Counted from the whole stretch's first letter, positions 1 to 11,652 are shown. The stretch: DNA of 63,623 nucleotides, filler included, from Pirum gemmata (GCA_002812295.1; 23 parts of 23 records of this genome joined end to end with filler, not necessarily neighbours in it); one strand, 5' to 3'. Translations and numbers: made by a program. The notes: generated by a model from the sequence alone, not told the origin.

Positions 1-142
1 ATTAAAATACATAGAACTAATTATGATAATAAAATAAAAATAAAACATAATTAATTAAAAATAAAATATAAATAAAAATAAATTTAAAAAAATAAATATT
101 AGATTGCTATCCACAAATCCACATGGAACCAGTTACGGTTTT

Positions 143-472
143 TCACTGTTTTACTTATTTCATAAACATTTTTTATTGATTAATAAAATTAAAAAGTTTA
201 ATTTTTAAGAAGTTTATTAATATTAATATTAATACACTATTATTTAATAAAATATTTTTATTGATTATAATTAAAGTTTAATTTTTAATTAAAAACAAAT
301 AAATTTACACTGTGTTTTACTTATTTCATATAATAAACATTTTTTTATTGATTTTAAAATTTTAAAAAGTTTAATTTTTAACAAGTAAGTTTGCACTGTT
401 TTACTTATTTCATAAACATTTTTTATTGATTAAAAAATTAAAAATTTTAATTTTTATTATAACAAGTAAGTT
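143..472. repeat. Three imperfect tandem copies of the GH30 3' end / 3' UTR segment
   Basis: CACTGTTTTACTTATTTCATAAACATTTTTTATTGATT recurs at about 146, 308 and 394; 371-392 repeats the last codons of the CDS. Confidence 0.85.
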
Positions 473-1901
473 TTCCTTCACGAAAATCTCTAAACAAATC
501 AACAATTGACCAAGTACTCTCAATTTCATTTGTATCCGTGTTTACAGTGTACATTGGTATAGCTTTATAGTCATCCTGACGAATATTCGGTCCAGCATTA
601 GTATCCAAAAACAAATTAAAGTAAAAATATGTACCGCATTGTTTAGCAACAGCTTCACAAACTCTATCTTTATGCCAATTATAAGAACCTTGTTTATCAT
701 CACCATCGCTTGAAGTAATTTCAGTAACTACGCATTTGTTATTGTTGTAAGTCGGAATGTCTTTCAAACTGCCGGCATATAAGTGCCAGGCGACTACATC
801 TCCAGGGTAAAGTTTGTTTTGATTTGCTAAATAGTTAACGTATTCAATTCCGGTTTTATCAGGATTATGATCAAATTGTGATACTTTTAGTTCGGGTTCT
901 AACTTATATAATTGTTCACGTAACTGACCAGCTTCTTCTTTGAATAAACCAAAGTTTGGGTAGTTATTGCTACCGTAATGTAAAGGTTCATTTTGTAAAG
1001 AAATATAATTCAAAATGATATTTTCACGTTTGTATTTTTTGTAATAAGCAACCAACATACTAGCATACCAATCCGGTTCGAAAGTATCGAACAAACAGGG
1101 CGAGTTGTTATTGCCAGAGCACATGGTGTGCATAGGAGACCATGGCGCACCGTAAATTTCCAAATCTGGCCTTAACTTCAAAACTTTTTTCAAAAAAGGT
1201 AATTTTACATCATTATGAAAAGCGTCGTTCTCCAAACTATCAGAATCCCAGGCGTAGTTAGTTAAGGAATAATCCGACGGGCCAACAGAAATACGAATGG
1301 CTACAATATTTTCTAAAGCTTTAATGAGATCTTCAGTTTTTAACCCACTGCCTACTTGAATTGCACTATCAGACAACATCGCGCCAAATTCAATAGGAGA
1401 TTGAGAAGGAGGAACAGGTTGTACTTCGAACTCTGGTTTTGGTTTGGTTTCGACCGTTCCATCAGATTCTCCTTCGGGTTTAGGCTTAGGGTTAGGCAGT
1501 TGTTTGGAACCATTACCATAATAACTAACCAGTAATGATTTAACTGTTTCAGATTGAATAATTTCTTTCAAACATGGTAAGTTTTGTTTGTAAAAAGCAG
1601 TGCCAGTTTTACTATCCAAATTATTCTCTTTAAAAAATATAAAAGAATATCCCGTTTCTATTTTTATTGATCTGACGTCGTTGAATTCGATTCTGTCAAG
1701 AAGTTGTTCTTGTGTGTAGGAGCCTATGGGTAATTCTGCAACTAAGTTTTTGTAATTACAATTTGAATATAACTTTATGGCTGCGGGTTTTAAATTTGAA
1801 GAGCATTCCTTTTCTTGTTCTGACTCCTGGATTGTTATAGCAGCTTTCACAATGAAAGTGAAATATAAAACATATGAAATGGTTGTTGTAAGAATTTTCA
1901 T
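447..1901 (-). CDS. Secreted glycoside hydrolase family 30 protein with N-terminal beta/gamma-crystallin-like domain (484 aa, intronless)
   Basis: Signal peptide; crystallin-like segment IKLYSNCNY..LPIGSYT..NDVRSIKIETGY; PKPKPE linker; GH30 motifs RISVGPSDYS, GAPWSP, SLQNEP (acid/base Glu), AWHLY, VVTE (nucleophile Glu), FNLFLDTNAGP. Confidence 0.85.
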   Translation of the reverse strand: MKILTTTISYVLYFTFIVKAAITIQESEQEKECSSNLKPAAIKLYSNCNYKNLVAELPIGSYTQEQLLDRIEFNDVRSIKIETGYSFIFFKENNLDSKTGTAFYKQNLPCLKEIIQSETVKSLLVSYYGNGSKQLPNPKPKPEGESDGTVETKPKPEFEVQPVPPSQSPIEFGAMLSDSAIQVGSGLKTEDLIKALENIVAIRISVGPSDYSLTNYAWDSDSLENDAFHNDVKLPFLKKVLKLRPDLEIYGAPWSPMHTMCSGNNNSPCLFDTFEPDWYASMLVAYYKKYKRENIILNYISLQNEPLHYGSNNYPNFGLFKEEAGQLREQLYKLEPELKVSQFDHNPDKTGIEYVNYLANQNKLYPGDVVAWHLYAGSLKDIPTYNNNKCVVTEITSSDGDDKQGSYNWHKDRVCEAVAKQCGTYFYFNLFLDTNAGPNIRQDDYKAIPMYTVNTDTNEIESTWSIVDLFRDFREGKLTCYNKN

Positions 1902-2772
1902 AATTATAGTAAAATGTATATATATTATGTTTTATATTAATGCATTAAATTTTACGTATTATATATTATTATATTATTATTGTTTTGAATTATGCTGCGT
2001 TGTATTAAGCAATGTTGCTACTGTTATTATTTATATATAATTTATTTTTCTATTCTCATATACAATATTCAAATAGTTCTTTTTATTATTGTTTTGTTGT
2101 CAATTATTATTATTATTATTATTATTTATTTTTTTCTTTTTGAAGTAACTGTTTTTCTTTCGTTTGTTTTTTTCTACAAAATGTTAAGTCTAGTATGGTG
2201 CAGAAAGACAAAACACGTCCAACCTTTTTTTACTAATAATTAAAAAAGTTTTTTGTTTGAAAATTTCAAATCTATTAAACACCTAGCACATTATTTTGTT
2301 CGAAAATTTAAAAATTCTAGTGAACCCCAAAAGGTGGTTATTTTTTAATTGTTTGTATGACCATATGCATAATTATTTTATAATAATAATAAATAACGAA
2401 ACAATTTTTTTCTTTTTTTTCNNNNNNNNNNNNNNNNNNNNNNNNNNNNNNNNNNNNNNNNNNNNTTAATTAATTAANNNNNNNNNNNNNNNNNNNNNNN
2501 NNNNNNNNNNNNNNNNNNNNNAAATAATAAATAATAAATAATAAATAAATAAATAAATAATAAATAATAAATAAAAAAAAACGACCTAATATGAATTGTA
2601 TGTATATATACGTATATCATAATACAAAAAATTAAAAAAAACAAAAAAGCTAAAAAGCTACTAAAAAACAACAAAAACAAAAACAAAGAATAAACAAGAA
2701 AAAGTAAAAACAGAAAGTAATCAAATTCGCTTTCTGTTATGTATCGTATGCAAATAACAGTAAGAAAAGTAC

Positions 2773-2819
<47 letters not shown>

Positions 2820-2823
2820 CAAA

Positions 2824-3876
2824 ATGAATTTCCTTAGTATTTTAATATTATGTTTAATAGTTTTTTCCTCAATGATCGTGGCTACAGAACATCATGAAAA
2901 AGAATACGAATATGTTTATAAACATGGAGATACACTAACTGTTACACGTTGGAAAAGACGTTATCATCCGGGTGAAAGATCTTCATATTGCCATAACCAC
3001 CAACACTTGCAAGGTACAAACAAGAAATGGCATTATACTAGGACTGGGACTGGAACCCAAGAAAAATATTCACTCAGTAAGTTAAGTGATGATGAATTTA
3101 AAAAGCTATATCAAAATAAAAAGAATACTCTTGAGAATATGGGTACACCAGTAACTGTTGCTCAAACGGCACAGACAGCTACTTCTCGTGATGTTCGAGA
3201 ACTATGTCAATCTGCACCTTCGTACTTAAGAGCCCAAATGCCATTTTGTCAAAATCTACCACCGGTTTCAGAACAAAAACAGACCGGAAGTGGTTACAGT
3301 GCCAAGGCTTCCACGTCTGATGGAAATGACTACAACACAAGCCACGAAGGTAATTTTCAACGTGTAATTACCACTGATAACAATGGAATGAAAAGAGTTA
3401 GCGCCTCAACTGAATCCAAAACAGGAACAAATAATGTTGTTGCTGGCAAACAATATTCCCAAAAATCTAATCATTTTACTGACCACAGTGTGCAAACGGA
3501 TAAAGAAGGGATAAAAGACAGTACAGTAACAATAAGCGATGGAATGACTTTGACAGCTAATACTCATGGAACCGCTCATCTCACAGGGCACAAGTATGAT
3601 AACATACGTAAAAAAAACGGTGAAAGAATGACCTTAACTAATACGGGGACAAATACTATCGGAAAAAATGGTTATGAGTATGGACATCAACACGAACATC
3701 GCCATGCAATTGTTTATAAAAATCCAATGAAATATTACAAAAAATACAAATTTGGTACCACAACAAATTTCTTTGATACGTATGGCGATAAAGTATCAAA
3801 AGGTGCTTTAACTGATAAAGACTGCCTCTACCCTGGTCCGTCACCACCTGAATGGAATAGCGAAGGGGATGAATAA
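2824..3876 (+). CDS. Secreted protein of unknown function (350 aa; Thr/Gly/His/Lys-rich)
   Basis: Long uninterrupted ORF with higher GC than its flanks, AAAATG start context and a hydrophobic signal peptide (MNFLSILILCLIVFSSMIVA). No family recognised. Confidence 0.85.
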   Translation: MNFLSILILCLIVFSSMIVATEHHEKEYEYVYKHGDTLTVTRWKRRYHPGERSSYCHNHQHLQGTNKKWHYTRTGTGTQEKYSLSKLSDDEFKKLYQNKKNTLENMGTPVTVAQTAQTATSRDVRELCQSAPSYLRAQMPFCQNLPPVSEQKQTGSGYSAKASTSDGNDYNTSHEGNFQRVITTDNNGMKRVSASTESKTGTNNVVAGKQYSQKSNHFTDHSVQTDKEGIKDSTVTISDGMTLTANTHGTAHLTGHKYDNIRKKNGERMTLTNTGTNTIGKNGYEYGHQHEHRHAIVYKNPMKYYKKYKFGTTTNFFDTYGDKVSKGALTDKDCLYPGPSPPEWNSEGDE

Positions 3877-3889
3877 CCAATAGAACTTT

Positions 3890-4010
3890 AAAATCAATAA
3901 AAATAAATAAAATCAATAAAATCAATAAAATCAATAAAATCAAAATCAATAAAATCAATAAAATCAATAAAATCAATAAAATCAATAAAATTAATAAAAT
4001 TAATATAATC
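3890..4010 (+). repeat. 9-bp tandem repeat (AATAAAATC)n directly after the stop codon
   Basis: Read directly; each unit contains AATAAA. Confidence 0.9.
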
Positions 4011-4675
4011 AATTTCACAGGTACAATCAAGAGTACTGAAGTTTTTAACACCATGAAAGTGTGGAGTTAGAGGAAGTTTATAACTTAAAAAGCAAGCGGT
4101 TATTAATTCTAGAAATATTCTAATTTTGTTTCTTAATTAAAAAAAAAAAAGAATTAGATAGTAAATAGATACTATTTACATTATAAAAGATTACCAAGTT
4201 AAGTGCCCTTGCCAATGTGTACACTATTATGGTAATTAAAAAGGGTTCAAAATATAGAAATAAATATTTTTATTTTACTTTTTGTTAAGTAAATTTTTTT
4301 AAAAAAAAGTATCAAATTTCATATAAGTACATACGCGTAGGGAACAAATACATAATACAGAAAGAGAGCCAGAACTCAACCGCGAAATTATTTGTGTGAA
4401 GGGATTTCACACTCCCTACTTTTCTTTTCTTTAGCTAGAAAGACTTTGACAATACAAGTCCACTTGTGTATTCTGCTGTAGACCAAACAAAATAGATACA
4501 ATAATAATAAAACTACTATCCAGGACATGCTAAACTATATGACGGCGCAGAGTAACAGGGTTCTTTTTTTTTGTTTTTTAAATAATTCATATAGAAAATC
4601 TAATAAAATCCCCCCCAAAAAAATAAAGCTAACATTATATACATTTTTTTTTTTTTTTAGAAAGTGTATGAAAGT

Positions 4676-4877
4676 TTATTCTGAATCCTCATCACTATCT
4701 TCAACATCCAGACCTTCGGCCAATCTCTTCTTTTTAATCCTGTCTTTCTTTCTTTGTTCAGCACGAGATAGTTTACCTTTCTTTTTCTTTTTCAGTTTGA
4801 TAACATTACCCATAGCGTCAACCATTTCAGTAGCTTCCTCTTTCTTTTCTATCTTTTCAGTAAGAGCGTTCTTCATC
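4676..4877 (-). CDS. YEF3: Last exon of translation elongation factor 3 (eEF3, ABC-F ATPase)
   Basis: KIEKKEE..VDAMGNVI..KKKK.KLSRAEQRKK..KKK..DSDED* matches the recalled yeast eEF3 C-terminus (RIEKKEDEEDKFDAMGNKI..KKKKKLSSAELRKKKK..SSDEEF). TAG acceptor at 4880-4878. Confidence 0.85.
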
Positions 4878-5426
4878 CTATTGTACGTGGAAAAGGGAAA
4901 AGCGATATAAAAATCAGAAATAATAATAATAATAATAATAATNNNNNNNNNNNNNNNNNNNNNNNNNNNNNNNNNNNNNNNNNNNNTTAATTAATTAANN
5001 NNNNNNNNNNNNNNNNNNNNNNNNNNNNNNNNNNNNNNNNNNAAAAAAAAAGAATTCAAAAAATAAAGCAACATTACAATAATAATGACAATATGCAATA
5101 AAGAAGAATTTATTGTTTTTTTTTTTGATATTTTATTTATGATAAAAATAATAGTGTAGATTATAATATAAAAAAAACCAACAAAATACAAAAAATACAT
5201 CAAAAAATCATTAGCCGTGGCTACTAGCTAGCTACTAAGTATGACATGACAGTAGTTATCCGATAGTCCTAGCTAGGTAGTCTAGTTAGTCAAAGTAGTC
5301 AAAGCTGTATGTACTAAGAGAGTCTAGCTAGCTAGCTAACTAGTAGGGAGAACATCTTCATATCTTCATGCCATGAAATTCTTCAAAGTTCAAAAAAAAA
5401 AAAATAATAAAAATTATAAAAAAAAA

Positions 5427-5489
<63 letters not shown>

Positions 5490-5971
5490 ACTGTAATATT
5501 ATAATAATAACAGTAAAATAACGTCATTTTTTTGATTTTTTCAAATCGACGATTCGAGCTTTTAAAAAGTTAAAATAGCACTGTTTTATCCATATTTGGT
5601 AACATTTGGATAAAACTACTGCTCGAAAAAAATTCAATCTGCTATGTGTGCCCCTTACGATTCATAGGATTCATATATCGATATAGACTACTATCATACT
5701 ACTAGCTACTACTACTAGCTAGTAGTAGTAGCTACGCTAGAGTAGCTACGCTTTTCAGTTATTTTGTCATAATAGAATATGCAGTAATAAATACCAATAT
5801 CAAATTTATTTGATACAATTTAATTAACTTGCCGTGTTTAATGATTTATATTTCAATTTAAAATAACCACGTTTATAAACTTAAAAGTGCCAAATAAATA
5901 ATCTTAATTAATTTTAAGTGACAAAAAAATAAGCTATATGACTATATCTGCCTCTCTATAGTCTATATCGA

Positions 5972-6144
5972 TATCGTCTATTCATTCCATTACAGTTAGT
6001 TGTCCTCTCAATCTTTAATTTGGTACTGTTTAAGTGTATAATTGAACTTTTTTATAAAATATAGCATTAAGTATAAAATACCAAATTAACTAAAACATTT
6101 CTAATAGTAATAATTTGGTACGTTTATTTTAGTTTTTGAACTGG
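5972..6144 (+). mobile_element. MITE family A copy (right end truncated)
   Basis: Aligns by eye to 29915-30115, 10621-10819, 24712-24853, 40164-40350 (reverse) and 40608-40720 (reverse). Confidence 0.8.
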
Positions 6145-6374
6145 CCGGGAGGGTCTAACAGGGTCTAACAGACTCAACTACACCTAGCTAGCTAGTCTAG
6201 CTAGTCTACTAGCTAGCTATTCATAGTAGAGACTAGCTAGCTAGTCTACTGTAGCTAGCTAGTCTACTAGTAGTGGACTTGGCTATTAGTAGCCTAGTAT
6301 CATAGCTAGACAACTGGTAATCTCCCATCAATGTGGTGAAACGCTCTTAGTTAGATATCACATGATAAATTCAC

Positions 6375-6433
6375 GTCATTATCATTATCATTATCATTAT
6401 CATTATCATTATCATTATACCATTATCATTATC

Positions 6434-6466
<33 letters not shown>

Positions 6467-6948
6467 GTCATTGTCATTATCATTGTCATTATCATTGTCT
6501 TTATTATCATTATCATTATCATTATCATTGTCCTTATTATCATTATCATCATTATCATCATTATCATCATTATCATCATTATCATCATTATCATCATTAT
6601 CATTGTCGTTATCATGATTATCATCATTTTCATTTTAATAATTGTAATTAAGATTATCATTATTACCAATATCGTTAGCATTATTGTCATTAGGATTATT
6701 GTCATTATCATTATCATTATTAATATTATCATTATCACTATCATCAGCATCATCAGCAGCAGCAGCAGCATCATTATCATCATCATTATCATGATCATCA
6801 TCGTCATTATTATATATATCATTATCACTATCATCATCATCATCATCATCATCATCATTATCATTATCATCATCATTATCATGATCATCATCGTCATTAT
6901 TATATATATCATTATCACTATCATCATCATCATCATCATCATCATCAT
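6375..6948. repeat. (ATC/ATT)n, (ATTATC)n microsatellite
   Basis: Read directly; source of spurious poly-Ile/Met ORFs. Confidence 0.95.
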
Positions 6949-7569
6949 TTTGTTAAAATGTTTTATTAATAAGAGGTTTTATTGCGTTAGCCTGTCAGAA
7001 ACCTTGTTTCCTTGATTAGGTCTATTTCATTCTTGTGTTAATTTTCTATTCAAACATTAATAAACACTATGGTGATTTTGTATATCATACAGCTTATAAT
7101 TAGCACCTTGTTAATCGGTATATGATAGTGCTTTTTAGACGGAACATTATTAAGAGAAGTAAAATGTTCTATGATAAAGCAAAAAAACAGCTGACTTTCA
7201 AATTTATCCACATTCAGATATTAATAAACGCGATATGGTAATTTTGTGTATTATACAACTTATAATTATCACCTTTCTGAATCGATATGATAGTTGTTGA
7301 GTTCCCTTTTACACAGAACATTAATGTTCTATGATAAAGCAAAAAACAACTGACTTTAAATTTATCGAAATCGATACCGTATGTTAAATTCTAATTGGTA
7401 TCTGAAAGAAATACTGTTTATTTTTCCATTTTATTATTATTATTANNNNNNNNNNNNNNNNNNNNNNNNNNNNNNNNNNNNNNNNNNNNTTAATTAATTA
7501 ANNNNNNNNNNNNNNNNNNNNNNNNNNNNNNNNNNNNNNNNNNNNGTGTTTATTTGCTTTTTGTTGAAG

Positions 7570-7812
7570 TGGTTATGGTTATGGTTATGGTTATGGTTAT
7601 GGTTATGGTTAGGATTATGGTTATGGTTAGGGTTAGGGTTATGGTTAGGATTAGGATTAGGATTAGGATTAGGGTTAGGGTTAGGGTTAGGGTTAGGGTT
7701 AGGGGCATGGTTATGGTTATTGTTATGGTTGTGGTTGTGGTTGTGGTTATGGTTATGGTTATGGTTATGGTTATGGTTATGGTTGTGGTTATGGTTATGG
7801 TTATGGTTATGG
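7570..7812. repeat. Interstitial TTATGG/TTAGGG/TTAGGA/TTGTGG hexamer array
   Basis: Read directly. Confidence 0.95.
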
Positions 7813-7899
7813 TTTTTATTTGCTTTTTGTTGAAGTGGGTCTTACCCATTAAGTCTTTTAAGATTGAATTTATTACTAAATGAGAGTTTTCAATTAAAC

Positions 7900-8860
7900 A
7901 TGGATTTTGAAAATGATGAAAATGATGAAAACGAAAGGCCAGATGAATACATTGGAAGGTATTAATAAAGATTTCTGAAACAGCGTAATATATTTATTAT
8001 ACAAGCGTTCAATTCAAACCCCCCCTGTTCAATACAGCAACAGTCTTGTTGTTGAAGTGGCTCAGGAGTGTATAGTGTATTTAGAGCTTGAGGAACACGA
8101 GAATTGGCCTGCGAGCCATGATTATGAGGGCATCAAGTCTTTGGCCAACAAGGTTTTGCTAGGAAACGGGACTTTGCAACCGAGCAAGCTTGAAAACTTG
8201 GTTAAGAAAAAAAAAAGAGCCAAACCACTAAATTTTGATACTTTCGAATATCCCTATAAATTAATGACCGAGTACCGAAAAGCAAGTGCAGTGAAGAATG
8301 CAAAATCTAAGCACGGGGAAATACTTAAAAAAGGTAAAGGAGCTTTAGATGAAATTTACGAGCACTTACCTTGGTGGCGCCAGTACGTACAAGTCTTTAA
8401 AACAAGAGCCGTTACTCTTTCCACAAGTAAGAAGATGAGCACTAACAGGAAGAAAATGTGAGATATATTAGCTAATAATAATTCTTTTGTGAACCAGTTG
8501 AATTTCGACCGTGACGGTGATAATGATAACGGTGATAATGATAATGACGTTGTGGAAAGAACATCTTCTCATTCCCGAGGGAACTCGCTGACCTCGGCTA
8601 TTCATGAACTAGTGACTCAATAGAAGTCAGTGCACAGCATTTAACATTTGGAATGCTTTTGTCATCAAGTATTGCAAGAGAAGGATCACAAGTTGATTTT
8701 GAGTCTATTTTGCACAGGTACAATGAAACTTCATTAAAGTTCATCAAAAGAAAAATTAGTATAAACGATAACTCATTAAGCAAGAAGGCAAAACGCGGAA
8801 AAATAGTGGATATTGAAGAAGAAGAGGAAATTAGTGGAATTCAACCAACTTCAACCAATT
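7900..8860 (+). pseudogene. Spliced gene of unknown family with one in-frame TGA and one frameshift
   Basis: Exon 7900-7958 (MDFENDENDENERPDEYIG) joins in phase 2 via a GT-AG intron (7959-8043) to the 8057 ORF frame. That frame continues past TGA 8459-8461 (DILANNNSFVNQLNF...), then shifts near 8615 into the 8653 ORF frame. Confidence 0.55.
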
Positions 8861-9239
8861 TTTTCTTTTTGTCTACTACTAGACCTCTCACTGGAGAGGT
8901 GCGGAAAATTTACTTAGTCCGCAAAACCCGCACAAATAAAAGGCAAGGTTGCAAAGGAGACGGAGCTATGATAGCTACTGGTGGTAGACTGGATTAAGGC
9001 CGTCTAGCTAGCTAGCTAGTAAAGCAAAATAGTATCGATAGGCTAGCTAGCTAGCTAGCTAGCTAGGTCTACTACAGTCTACAGCTAGCTACTAGCTAGC
9101 TAGTACCGATAGACTGGATTTGGATTTGGGACGTAGCTACAGTAGCTACTACGATAGCTAGCTCAATAGATAGCTAGCTAGAGCAAAATTTAGCTTGTGG
9201 GAGTCTTGTGGGTGTACAAATGTGAACAAATACAAATGA

Positions 9240-9858
9240 CTACTGGAGCTCTACTGGTACCCTTCTACATACCTTTATTCATATTAGTCTTACTTATCTG
9301 ATATCATATATTATGATAATACACTGATAATACGCTGATCTGATAATACTGATAATACTACCTTGCAGTGTTTGAGACTGTATTCGTAGTCTATATATTA
9401 TTATTATTTTAATTAACGTTCTAAAGGTATGTAAGGTTTTATAAATATTCTTTATTTTATATAATAAAGCAACCACAAACCAACTCCAGCTATTTCAACC
9501 CATTTTATTGGGGTAGAAGAGATTCTTTTTTGTTCTGCTCGCTCTTTACGACTGGCACTTACGTTGTTATATTCTCTAATTTATACTCTAATTTATTTAA
9601 TTTATGTGGATGGATGAGGGAATACATCTGTCCAGTTATTATAATTTAGACTATTATCATTATTTAAAAAATAAAATAAAAATAAATGAAACTTATGAGA
9701 TAGTACGATAAATAATACCTTGGAAAGATAATTGTATGCATAACTATAGTATTCGAGGCCTGTATTCGTATATTAGGCCAAGCGTTTAATTCATTATTAG
9801 TTATAACACTGTTTAATTTATTCTTTATTTTATACTGCAACTTGTAATTATCTATCAT
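9240..9858 (-). CDS. Putative multi-exon fragment of an unknown protein (exons about 9858-9719, 9575-9481, 9390-9362, 9272-9240)
   Basis: Three GT-AG introns with compatible phases (2, 1, 0) give ...HTIIFPR-EYNNVSASRKERAEQKRISSTPIKWVEIAGV-DYEYSLKHCK-VCRRVPVELQ*. No family recognised. Confidence 0.35.
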
Positions 9859-10620
9859 ATTTTGACTAAATTAGCAATCGGACGAACAACTTAAACTGAA
9901 AGTGAGAGTTGATGATAACCTCTGTCACGAACCAACTTACCATTAATAATAATAATAATAATAATANNNNNNNNNNNNNNNNNNNNNNNNNNNNNNNNNN
10001 NNNNNNNNNNTTAATTAATTAANNNNNNNNNNNNNNNNNNNNNNNNNNNNNNNNNNNNNNNNNNNNTATTTATTTATTTATTTATTTATTTATTTATTAC
10101 CCTAAAACCCTTTCCTGCTGTAATATGACATAACATTATCCTCATGCCAGTAGCTAGTAGCTAGCTAGTAGTAGCTACTAGCTGAGAGCTATCTAGCTAG
10201 CTAGCTAGCTAGTATGATATCATATTATCCACAGTTTAGTTTATATGATATCGATAATAATGATAGTATCATAGCTACTCTAGCTAGCTAGTCTACTAGC
10301 TAGAGCTAGCTAGCTAGAGTGTCATAGTAAACTACTACTAGTAAACTATCGATCCTGTTGGGAGCGTTCAAACCAGTTCAAACTTCAAATAGTGTTCAAA
10401 TACTACGTTTATTTTATCATGATATTATATTATTATGATAATATGATAATATAAATAAGAAAGTGCACGTTTTGTATGGTAAATTGTATCATAGACTACC
10501 TCGTTTTATTTCGCTAATAATCATAGACCATCGATTCCATAGGTTCCATAGTCTAGCTACTAGCTAGCTAGTAGACCATCGATGAATAGTCTAGCTAGCT
10601 ACTAGCTAGTAGAGCTAGAT

Positions 10621-10819
10621 TATTGTCTATTCAGCTATCCTATTTCATTATCACAGACAGACTGAGTTAATTTGGTACTGTTTAAGTGTATAATTGAGCT
10701 TGTTTATAAAATACAACATTAAGTATAAAATACCAAATTAATCCCTTAACCATAATACTATGATACCATAATGATAATTTGGTACGTCTATTTCAGTTTT
10801 TGAACTGGACAACACTATG
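10621..10819 (+). mobile_element. MITE family A copy
   Basis: Shared core TTAATTTGGTACTGTTTAAGTGTATAATTGA...AAGTATAAAATACCAAATTAA...TTCAGTTTTTGAACTGGACAACACT. Confidence 0.8.
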
Positions 10820-10940
10820 ATACCAGAGTAGTTTACATACTCTAGTTTCCTACTACTTATATGCTAGTACTAGACTAGCTAGGTCTACCCTAACCCTAAC
10901 CCTCTAACCCTAACAAGATAGTCTATAGATACCTATGATA

Positions 10941-11216
10941 CCAGTAAAAAATCTGAAGATGGAAAAATCTGAACATGGAATTGAATCTAGAAGGGTATTT
11001 TTTCCAACTAAGATACCTAGATTGATATTTAGAACTCTTTAATCGACATCTGGATACACTATTTTTTTTTAGCCAAATAAAGGATCAAAAAAAAATATCG
11101 ATTCAAACGATGGATTTCAAGTCTAAAAACACCAATCTAGATGTCTTAGTTGACAAAAATACCCTTCTAGATTGAATTCCATCTTCAGATTTTTCCATCT
11201 TCAGATTTTTTACTGG
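10941..11216. mobile_element. Foldback MITE with about 85-bp TIRs and TA target duplication (Tc1/mariner-type)
   Basis: TA|CCAGTAAAAAATCTGAAGATGG... matches ...CCATCTTCAGATTTTTTACTGG|TA; AAAAATCTGAAGATGG is doubled within each TIR. Confidence 0.9.
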
Positions 11217-11279
11217 TAGAGTAGACTAGCTGGTAGACTCCGTCTATGACACTACTAGCTAGCTAGCTAGCTAGTAGGT

Positions 11280-11652
11280 CTAACCCTAACCCCTAACCCT
11301 AACTAACCCTAACCCCTAACCCTAACCCTAACCCTAACCCTAACTAACTCTAGCTAGCTAGCTACTAGCCCTAACCCTTAGTATCATAGTGCTGATCATT
11401 CACCTTCTAAAGGTTGTTTGGTTGTTCGGAACCTCACCGCACAATTTTTACTAAAAGAACCCTAACCCTAACCCTAACCCTAACCCTAACCCTAACCCTA
11501 ACCCTAACCCTAACCCTAACCCTAATAACCCTAACCCTAATTATAACCCTGACCCTAACCCTAACCCTAACCCTAACCCTAATTATAACCCTAACCCTAA
11601 CCCTAACTCTAATTATAACCCTAACCCTAACCCTAACCCTAAAACCCTAACC
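11280..11652. repeat. Interstitial (CCCTAA)n arrays
   Basis: Read directly; internal to the contig. Confidence 0.95.
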
